Part shown: positions 19,058 to 26,265 of the stretch, in pieces
Position numbering within the stretch: position 1 is the stretch's first letter
Layout of the letters: every line of letters starts with the position of its first letter
Origin: an uncultured Bosea sp.
GTDB lineage: Bacteria; Pseudomonadota; Alphaproteobacteria; Rhizobiales; Beijerinckiaceae
Direction of reading: 5' to 3'
Assembly: GCF_945957345.1 (NCBI RefSeq)
Contig: NZ_CAMFKW010000010.1
Span: 9,231 to 73,230 of the forward strand
DNA: 64,000 nt
The notes under the pieces: model-generated
What the model saw: only the letters and a program-made list of their open reading frames with translations
What the model was told of the DNA's origin: nothing
The model's database searches: none
Translations under genes and position numbers: made by a program

Positions 19058-20883
19058 GCCGCCTCAATGTCGCGGATCGCGGCCAACACCGGCGGCAGGT
19101 CGAAATCTTCGGGGACGCCGCAGAGCCCACGCCGCGCCAGCCAGGCGCCGCAAGCCGGCGCCGCCGTCAGCATGGCGAAGGGGATCGCCAGCACATAGCC
19201 CGCGGTCAAAGGCAGCGACCAGATCAGCACCGCAGGCGCCATCAGGCCCAGCGTGACGAACAGATAGGCCCCGAACAGCAGATGCGGCCACAGGCCCGCG
19301 AAGGCCGTCGCGAACGACAGGGCATGCACATCGCGCGCCTGCCCGTTCCAGCCGATCCTCGCCCGCCCGAAGGCGAGCCCGATCATGAACAGCGTGGTCC
19401 GAAAGCTCGACACGGCGCCTTGCAGGAACGAGAAGGCGAGTTCGATCGCAGCCGAGGTCAGGAAGCGCGCCTTGCCGCCATAGCGAACGACGCCACCCCG
19501 CGTGAGCAGGATGTCGGCGAAACCGGCGAGCTTGGGCGAGAGATACATCGCGAGGAACAGTAGATAGAGCCCGGCAGCCGTCACGATCGGATAATCGGCG
19601 ATCGCCCGATCCTCGAAGACCTTCAGCGGCAAGAGCGCGATCATCAGCGTCCAGGCCGGCAGGCCGAGGAACATCAGGATCGCCCAGATCAGCTGGAAGC
19701 GGCTCATCGGCTTGAGACCAGGGATATCGAGCAGCTTGAGATATTGCAGGTTGCCGAGGCACCAGCGCAGGTCGCGCTTGGCGAATTCGAGCATGGTCGG
19801 CGGGTTCTCCTCCCAGCTTCCGCCCTCGACCGGCAGCACCCGCACCTCGTAGCCGGCGCGGCGCATCAAGGTCGCCTCGACCTGGTCATGGCTCATCACC
19901 GCCCCGCCCAGAGGCGGCCCGCCGGGCAGCACCGGCAGATGGCAGTGATCACGGAACGGCGCGATCCGCACCAGCGCGTTATGCCCCCAGAATGGCCCGC
20001 AATCGCCGCCCCACCAGGCCGAACCCATGGTGTAGGGCCGCATGCCGTGGCGCATGCCGAACTGGAAGATGCGGGCGAAGGCCGAATTGCTGGGCATGCC
20101 GACCACGAGACTCTGCAGGATTCCGAGCTTCGGATGGGCCTGCATCATTCGGGCCATGCCGAGGATCGTCTCGCCTGCCATCACGCTGTCGGCATCGAGC
20201 GGCAACATCAATTCGTAACGCTCGCCCCAGTGTTCGCAGAAATCGCGGAGATTGCCGGCCTTGAAACCGGCATTGTCGCTGCGGCGGCGATAGGTCACCC
20301 GCGCCGGCTCGCCGATCTCGCGCGCCCAGGCTTCGGCCAGCCTTTTCTCGGCTTCGGCAACCGCCGGATCATTGCTGTCCGACAGCACGAAATAATCAAA
20401 CCAGACACCCGCGCCGGTCGCATCGAAGCTGTTCTTGACCACCTTGAGCCGGCGGAAGGCCCGCGCCGGGTCCTCATTGCGCAAAGTCATCAGCACGGCG
20501 GTGCGCAGGGTAAGCGGCGTCTCCTGCTCCCTGGCGGCGGCGAAGGGCGCGACCTCGGCAAGCCCTTCCGTCTTGCCGTGGAGGAGCCAGAGCCCGATCG
20601 CAGCGTTCCAGAAGCCGAGCACGGTCCAGGGCGCGCCGAACAGGAAGGCGATGAAGATCGCGACATCCGCGACACTCCAGCCGCCCGCACCGAGCACGCG
20701 CGCCAATCCGGCGAGCAGCAGGGCCAGGGTGACGAGATTCATGGCGAGGACAAGGAACCGCCGGCGGCGCAGCACCGTTTCCGCTTGCAGCCCGGCCGGG
20801 GTCAGGCCGTTCGGCCCGGCCTCTTGCGTCGCCCGCCGGAACGTGGTCGGAGCGGGACGCTGGTTCATGGCGGTCTCTGTCAT
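19054..20883 (-). CDS. opgH: Glucans biosynthesis glucosyltransferase OpgH/MdoH (GT2)
   Basis: RNEDP, FKAGN, LPLDADS, FWGHNALVR, SHDQVEA, WEENPP and KRDLRWCLGNLQ, with multiple TM segments. Confidence 0.88.
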   Translation of the reverse strand: MTETAMNQRPAPTTFRRATQEAGPNGLTPAGLQAETVLRRRRFLVLAMNLVTLALLLAGLARVLGAGGWSVADVAIFIAFLFGAPWTVLGFWNAAIGLWLLHGKTEGLAEVAPFAAAREQETPLTLRTAVLMTLRNEDPARAFRRLKVVKNSFDATGAGVWFDYFVLSDSNDPAVAEAEKRLAEAWAREIGEPARVTYRRRSDNAGFKAGNLRDFCEHWGERYELMLPLDADSVMAGETILGMARMMQAHPKLGILQSLVVGMPSNSAFARIFQFGMRHGMRPYTMGSAWWGGDCGPFWGHNALVRIAPFRDHCHLPVLPGGPPLGGAVMSHDQVEATLMRRAGYEVRVLPVEGGSWEENPPTMLEFAKRDLRWCLGNLQYLKLLDIPGLKPMSRFQLIWAILMFLGLPAWTLMIALLPLKVFEDRAIADYPIVTAAGLYLLFLAMYLSPKLAGFADILLTRGGVVRYGGKARFLTSAAIELAFSFLQGAVSSFRTTLFMIGLAFGRARIGWNGQARDVHALSFATAFAGLWPHLLFGAYLFVTLGLMAPAVLIWSLPLTAGYVLAIPFAMLTAAPACGAWLARRGLCGVPEDFDLPPVLAAIRDIEAA

Positions 20884-20922
20884 GGTAGGCAGACAGGCTC
20901 GGACAGACGGGATCGGACGCGA

Positions 20923-21942
20923 ATGGCGCGGGAGCTAAAGCCTGCAACACCGATTGACGCAAGGACAAAGGCTCTTGCGCTTTGGTATACAGCGCCCCGT
21001 GAATGCAACCTGAATGAGGTCACGCTGCCCACCCTCGGGCCGGAGGACTGCCTGCTCACCACGCTCTGGAGCGGTGTCAGCCGCGGCACCGAGCGATTGG
21101 TCTGCGAAGGCCGCGTGCCCTGCTCAGAGCACGAGCGCATGCGGGCGCCCTTCCAGGAAGGCAGTTTCCCGTTTCCGGTCAAATACGGCTATTGCGCCGT
21201 CGGGAGGATCGATGCCGGCCCGCAGGACATGCTCGGCCGCATAGCCTTCTGCCTTCACCCGCATCAGGACCGCTTCGTCGCGCCGCGCGACAGGCTCGTC
21301 CCGGTGCCGGAGGACGTTCCCGCCCGCCGCGCCATCCTTGCCGCCAACATGGAGACGGCGCTCAACGCCCACTGGGACGCCGGCTCCGGCCCCGGTGACA
21401 GGATCGTGATCGTCGGGGGCGGCGTCCTCGGCCTGCTGGTCGCCTGGCTGGCCGCTCGATTGCCCGGGGCAGACGTCACGCTTGTCGATGTCGAGCCAAG
21501 CCGGGCTCCTCTCGCCGCAAATCTTGGCGTCAACTTCTCACCGCCCGATGCCGCGCCGCGCGACGCCGACATCGTCTTCCATGCCAGTGCGACGGCAGCC
21601 GGTCTCACGACCGCTATCGCCGCAGCCGGCACCGAGGCGCGCATCGTCGAGCTGAGCTGGTATGGCGAAGGCGCCGTTCCCGCCCCGCTCGGCGGCGCCT
21701 TCCATGCCCGCCGCCTGCAACTCGTCTCCTCGCAGGTCGGCCTGGTCTCGGCATCCCGCCGCGCACGTTGGAGCTATGCCCGCAGGGCTGAAGCCGCCAT
21801 GGCCCTGCTGATGGACGACAGGCTCGATGCGCTGATCACCGACGAGATCGCCTTCAACGAGCTGCCACAGCGTCTGCCCGGTCTGCTCGCGCCCGGCGCG
21901 GCTGGCCTGACCGCCGCGATTTGCTATGAAACGCGGCCCTGA
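20923..21942 (+). CDS. MDR-superfamily (zinc-binding-type) dehydrogenase
   Basis: VSRGTER, FPVKYGYCAVG, CLHPHQD, AILAANMETALN and IVGGGVLG. The 5' extension in the ORF track is the opgH antisense shadow. Confidence 0.85.
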   Translation: MARELKPATPIDARTKALALWYTAPRECNLNEVTLPTLGPEDCLLTTLWSGVSRGTERLVCEGRVPCSEHERMRAPFQEGSFPFPVKYGYCAVGRIDAGPQDMLGRIAFCLHPHQDRFVAPRDRLVPVPEDVPARRAILAANMETALNAHWDAGSGPGDRIVIVGGGVLGLLVAWLAARLPGADVTLVDVEPSRAPLAANLGVNFSPPDAAPRDADIVFHASATAAGLTTAIAAAGTEARIVELSWYGEGAVPAPLGGAFHARRLQLVSSQVGLVSASRRARWSYARRAEAAMALLMDDRLDALITDEIAFNELPQRLPGLLAPGAAGLTAAICYETRP

Positions 21943-21978
21943 CCGGGCCGCATCGCCAACCCATCTCCGGGAGATCGC

Positions 21979-22380
21979 ATGTTTTCCGTCGAAGTCCGCG
22001 ACCGCATCATGATCGGCCATTCCCTGCCCGATCCCTTCTTCGGTCCGGCGCAGAACATGCACGGCGCCACCTTCGTGGTCGATGTCGCCTTCTTCCGGGA
22101 GACGCTGAACCGGCAGAACGTCGTCGTCGATATCGGCGCGGCGCTCGACACCCTCGCTGAGACGCTGAAGCCTTTGAAGTACCAGAACCTCGACGCTCTC
22201 CCGCAATTCGCGGGCGTGCTGACCACCACCGAATTCCTCTGCAAGCACATCTTCGACGCCATGGCGGCGGCGGCGAAATCCGGCGCGCTGGGCGCCGATG
22301 GCACAGGACTGAGCAAAATTCGCGTGACCCTTCACGAAACCGACCTCGCTCGCGCCAGCTACGAGGGCGCGCTCGCGTGA
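21979..22380 (+). CDS. 6-pyruvoyl-tetrahydropterin synthase fold (COG0720) protein, atypical subfamily
   Basis: IGHSL..FFGPAQNMHGATF and C-terminal VTLHET. It lacks the QueD CxxxHGH motif. GGGAGA RBS. Confidence 0.85.
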   Translation: MFSVEVRDRIMIGHSLPDPFFGPAQNMHGATFVVDVAFFRETLNRQNVVVDIGAALDTLAETLKPLKYQNLDALPQFAGVLTTTEFLCKHIFDAMAAAAKSGALGADGTGLSKIRVTLHETDLARASYEGALA

Positions 22381-23441
22381 GCGGCATCGTCTTCGCCATC
22401 CCCGGCGATATCGACGCGCCTACCGGCGGCTACGGCTATGACCGACGCCTCCTGCGCGAGTGGCGCGAGGCGGGCATCGAAGCCCGACACCTCGCCCTGC
22501 CCGGCTCCTTCCCCTTCCCGACGGCCGAGAATCTCGCGGCGACGGAACAGCTCCTCGCAGCGACCGCATCCGACGACACCCTGCTCGTCGACGGCCTCGC
22601 CTATGGCGCCTTCCCGGAAGCGCTCACGGCACGTTTCGCGGATCGACTGGTCGCGCTGGTGCATCATCCGCTGGCGCTGGAAACGGGCCACAGTCCGGAA
22701 GCCTCCGAGAAGCTGCGGCGGAGCGAAACGCTGGCGCTCAGCAGTGCACGCGCCGTCATCGTCACCAGCCCTGCAACGAAGCTGACGCTGGAAGCGGAAT
22801 TCGAAGTCCCCGCCAACAAGATCGCCGTCGCGATTCCCGGCACCGATTCGGCGCCGCGCGCTCAGGGGTCCGGACGCCGCGAAGCGCTGCACATGCTCGC
22901 GGTCGGCTCGCTCATTCCCCGCAAGGGATACGGCTTCCTCGTCGATGCTTTGGCGTCGATCGCGGACCGGCCCTGGACGCTGACCATCGCCGGCTCGCCC
23001 GATCACGCGCCAGCAACGGCAGCCGACTTGCGTAACAGCATCGCCCGCGCGGGCCTCGCGGACCGCATTGCGATGACGGGCGGCGTGGGAGCGGACAGGC
23101 TCGCCCAACTCTATGACGAGTCTGATCTTTTCATCATGTCGTCGCTCTACGAAGGCTACGGCATGGTGCTGACCGAGGCGCTGGCGCGCGGCCTGCCGAT
23201 CGTCACCACGCTGAGCGGCGCCGGCGCCGAGGCGCTGCCCGATGCCGCCGCCCTCAAGGTGCCACCCGGCGACGCTGCGGCACTTGCCAAGGCCCTCGCG
23301 AGGCTGATTGATGCGCCGGCAGAGCGTCGGCAGCGTGCCGATGCCGCGTGGGCCGCAGCCGGTGATCTGCCGCGTTGGAGTGAGACCGCGCGCATCGTCG
23401 CGCAGGCCTGCCTGCACGACGGCGGCCGAAAGGTGGGATAA
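22377..23441 (+). CDS. Glycosyltransferase family 4 (GT-B)
   Basis: TGGYGYDRRL, LVHHPL and SSLYEGYGMVLTEALARGLP (E-x7-E). Start overlaps the PTPS stop (GTGA). Confidence 0.9.
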   Translation: MSGIVFAIPGDIDAPTGGYGYDRRLLREWREAGIEARHLALPGSFPFPTAENLAATEQLLAATASDDTLLVDGLAYGAFPEALTARFADRLVALVHHPLALETGHSPEASEKLRRSETLALSSARAVIVTSPATKLTLEAEFEVPANKIAVAIPGTDSAPRAQGSGRREALHMLAVGSLIPRKGYGFLVDALASIADRPWTLTIAGSPDHAPATAADLRNSIARAGLADRIAMTGGVGADRLAQLYDESDLFIMSSLYEGYGMVLTEALARGLPIVTTLSGAGAEALPDAAALKVPPGDAAALAKALARLIDAPAERRQRADAAWAAAGDLPRWSETARIVAQACLHDGGRKVG

Positions 23442-24280
23442 TGGCTGGTTTCTCTCCGGAATGGCTCGCATTGCGCGAGCCGGCGGATCATGCGGCACGC
23501 AACCCGCAGGTTCTCGCGGCGGTTGGCGGCTATTTCGCCGACAAGACCTCGCTCTCGGTGCTCGATCTCGGTTGCGGTGCCGGCTCCAACCTGCGCGCGA
23601 CCTATGCGGCCCTGCCCGATCGCCAGCACTGGACGCTCGTCGATCACGATGCCGACCTGCTTGCCTTCGCCCGTGAGCGCCTTGCCGATTGGGCCGACGA
23701 GGCGCGCGAGCAGGGCGAGGAGCTCGTGCTCGCCAAGGACAGCAAGTCGATCACGGTCGACACCCGCAAGGTCGACCTGAACACCGATCTCGAATGGGTA
23801 CTGGGCTGGCAACCCGACCTCGTCACCGCTGCCGCGCTGTTCGACCTCGCCTCGAAGCGCTGGATCGAACGCTTCGTCGCGGCGCTCGCCAGCCAGCACC
23901 TGCCGCTCTACGCCGTGCTCACTCATGACGGCCGCGAAGCCTGGCTGCCGGAGCATCCGGCCGATGCCGGCATCCATGCCGCCTTCACCGGCCACCAGCA
24001 TCGCGACAAGGGCTTTGGCCCCGCCGCCGGCCCGGAGGCTACCGAGATCATGGCGGAAGCCTTCCGGAAGTCGGGCTTCGCGGTTTCGAGCGGGGACAGC
24101 AACTGGCTGCTCGACGCGAAGCGCCGCTCCTTGCAGGAAGCGCTCGCCGAAGGCATCGCTGCAGCCGTTGGCGAGACCGATCGCCTGGATGCCAGGACGA
24201 TCTCGGAATGGCTCGCGGCACGGCGCGAGGCGCAGTCCGCGATGATCGGCCATCAGGACCTCTGGGCCCGGCCGATCTAG
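23441..24280 (+). CDS. Class I SAM-dependent methyltransferase
   Basis: WLALREPADHAAR and VLDLGCGAGSN. Start overlaps the GT stop (TAATG). Confidence 0.85.
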   Translation: MAGFSPEWLALREPADHAARNPQVLAAVGGYFADKTSLSVLDLGCGAGSNLRATYAALPDRQHWTLVDHDADLLAFARERLADWADEAREQGEELVLAKDSKSITVDTRKVDLNTDLEWVLGWQPDLVTAAALFDLASKRWIERFVAALASQHLPLYAVLTHDGREAWLPEHPADAGIHAAFTGHQHRDKGFGPAAGPEATEIMAEAFRKSGFAVSSGDSNWLLDAKRRSLQEALAEGIAAAVGETDRLDARTISEWLAARREAQSAMIGHQDLWARPI

Positions 24281-24287
24281 GAAAGCG

Positions 24288-24851
24288 CTACTTCGCCCAA
24301 GGCAGCATCCGCCGCATCACGCCGTCTTTGAGGATCAGGTAGTGGTGCAGCGCCGCGCCGATATGCACGAGCGCAAGCGCGCCGGTCGCCAACGCAAGCT
24401 TGCCATGGATGGAGAGCACCCGCTTGGCCGCCTCTTCGTTGGGCTTGGCCAGCGCCGGCAGGTCGAACAGGTCGAAGATCGTCAGCGCCGGAAACAGCGA
24501 CACCCCGATCCAGCCCAGCAGCGGCACGACGATGAGCAGCCCATAGAGCAGCCAATGCACGAGATGCGAGGCCGCCTTCTGCCACCAGGCCAGCGTCGGC
24601 TCGTCCGGCGGCGCGCCGTGCACGAGCCGATAGGCGAGCCGTCCGACCATCAGCCAAAGCAGCAGAAACCCGGTGAGCTTATGCGCGCTGTAGAGCCCGT
24701 TGGTCAGCCCGTCCCAGATATCTAGCACATTGCCGCGATAGCTCATCGTAAGGCCGACCGGGATCATCACCAGAACCGCAGCCACCGCGATCCAATGCAA
24801 CGTCCGGGCGACCGGGCTGTAGGCGCGGGTTGCCGGCATTTCGCCCTGCAT
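24288..24851 (-). CDS. Cytochrome b561 (di-haem cytochrome b)
   Basis: RTLHW, AHKLTG, SHLVHWLLY, HGKLA and HIGAALHHY, with four TM helices. Confidence 0.88.
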   Translation of the reverse strand: MQGEMPATRAYSPVARTLHWIAVAAVLVMIPVGLTMSYRGNVLDIWDGLTNGLYSAHKLTGFLLLWLMVGRLAYRLVHGAPPDEPTLAWWQKAASHLVHWLLYGLLIVVPLLGWIGVSLFPALTIFDLFDLPALAKPNEEAAKRVLSIHGKLALATGALALVHIGAALHHYLILKDGVMRRMLPWAK

Positions 24852-24916
24852 CGGAAAGCCTCCTATCCTGCGGCCTGAGTGATATTCATCTCACGTTCAA
24901 GCCTATGCGCCCATAG

Positions 24917-24941
24917 GACGGCGAGACGCTCCGGAAGTTCC
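24917..24941 (-). promoter_or_regulatory. Candidate sigma-EcfG (general stress response) promoter for cytochrome b561
   Basis: Minus strand reads GGAAC-N16-CGTC; the consensus is GGAAC-N16/17-CGTT. Confidence 0.45.
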
Positions 24942-24986
24942 CGTTTTTGTTTGCCGCCGGACACCATCTGACGTGGTTTTGATCAT

Positions 24987-25012
24987 GGAACCTGCACTGT
25001 CCCGGCCACGTT
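24987..25012 (+). promoter_or_regulatory. Sigma-EcfG-type promoter upstream of GTP cyclohydrolase II
   Basis: GGAAC-CTGCACTGTCCCGGCCA-CGTT is an exact GGAAC-N17-CGTT match. Confidence 0.65.
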
Positions 25013-25106
25013 GCTGGCAGAGTGCACTGCAACGCCCTATATCGATACCCGATGGTGCCCTGGATGCTCCTCGGCCGGTCGCCGGCCCAATCTGACGGAC
25101 TTTTCG

Positions 25107-26234
25107 ATGCCTGAGTCGCGTACGCTCTTCGGCCCATCCCTCCAGACGGATCTCGTGAAGGTCGAACGCGCGATCGCCGAGTTTCGCGCTGGTCGGCCCG
25201 TGCTGCTTCGCGATGGCGAGCGGCTGGCGCTCGCCCTCTCCGCAGAGCTGGCCGACGCTGAACTCGCGCACCGCTTCGACACACTCGCGCAGGGGCGCGG
25301 TCATCTCGTGCTCAGCGCCGCACGTCTGCGCCGCCTCGGCGCCAAGGGGCGCCTTGAGACCGGCATCTTCGCCTTGCCGACCATCGACACCGCCCGCATC
25401 GAAACGCTCGCGCTCAAGATCGACGGCCGTATGGACGCACCCGTCGCCCCGGCTTCAGCGCTGGATGAGGCTGCGCTGGAACTGGCGCGGCTGTCGCTCG
25501 TGCTGCCTGCGGTGATCCTCGTGTCGGTGAGTGCCGAGGCGGTCGCGAACGAGCCGCTCGTCGAGGTCGTCATCGCCGCCGTGAACGGCTACCGCGCCGA
25601 GCAGGCCGCGACGCTCAAGATCGTCGGCCGTGCGCCGGTGCCGCTCGAGGGCGCGCCCGACACCGAGTTCGTCGTCTTCCGCGGCGGCGAAGGCCTGCGC
25701 GACCAGGTCGCGATCATCGTCGGCAAGCCCGATCTGGCGGCGGCCGTGCCTGTGCGCCTGCATTCGGCCTGCCTGACGGGGGATCTCTTCGGCTCGCTGA
25801 AATGCGATTGCGGCGATCAGCTCCGCGAGACCGTGCAGTGGATGGCAGAGAACGAGGGCGGCGTCCTGCTCTATCTGGACCAGGAAGGCCGCGGCAACGG
25901 CATCTCCAACAAGATGCGGGCCTACAAGCTGCAGAGCCAGGGCTGGGACACCTACGATGCCGACGAGGTGCTCGGTTTCGATCTCGACCAGCGCCATTTC
26001 GACTTCGCCGCGACCATGCTGACGCAACTCGGCGTCTCCCGCGTTGTCGCGCTGACCAACAACCCGCAGAAGATCGGTGCGATCGAGGCAGCAGGTCTCG
26101 AGGTCGCCGCGACCCAGCGCGTGCTCGGTCGTCCGAACGCGCATAATGTCCGCTATCTCGCCTCCAAGCGCGACCGTGCCGGGCATTTCATCGACATGGA
26201 CGCGCTGATGGCGCGCGCCGCGCCGACGGATTGA
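25107..26234 (+). CDS. ribA: GTP cyclohydrolase II with degenerate RibB-like N-terminal domain
   Basis: Zn motif HSACLTGDLFGSLKCDCGDQL, DQEGRGNG, KMRAYKLQ and LTNNPQK. N-terminus ERAIAEFRAGRPVLL is RibB-like. Confidence 0.88.
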   Translation: MPESRTLFGPSLQTDLVKVERAIAEFRAGRPVLLRDGERLALALSAELADAELAHRFDTLAQGRGHLVLSAARLRRLGAKGRLETGIFALPTIDTARIETLALKIDGRMDAPVAPASALDEAALELARLSLVLPAVILVSVSAEAVANEPLVEVVIAAVNGYRAEQAATLKIVGRAPVPLEGAPDTEFVVFRGGEGLRDQVAIIVGKPDLAAAVPVRLHSACLTGDLFGSLKCDCGDQLRETVQWMAENEGGVLLYLDQEGRGNGISNKMRAYKLQSQGWDTYDADEVLGFDLDQRHFDFAATMLTQLGVSRVVALTNNPQKIGAIEAAGLEVAATQRVLGRPNAHNVRYLASKRDRAGHFIDMDALMARAAPTD

Positions 26235-26265
26235 CCGCGGGCTCGTTTGCGATCAGGCCTGGCCG

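Noticed and set aside
20838-20865. GGAAC upstream of the dehydrogenase operon (also GGAAC at 7108 and 43701)
   Set aside because: There is no CGTT-like -10 element at 16-17 nt spacing, so EcfG control of the dehydrogenase-PTPS-GT-MTase operon is not supported by sequence.
19744-20922. N-terminal 390 aa of the 732-aa track ORF, which suggests a large fusion dehydrogenase
   Set aside because: It overlaps opgH on the opposite strand. Dehydrogenase motifs begin only after about 20923.
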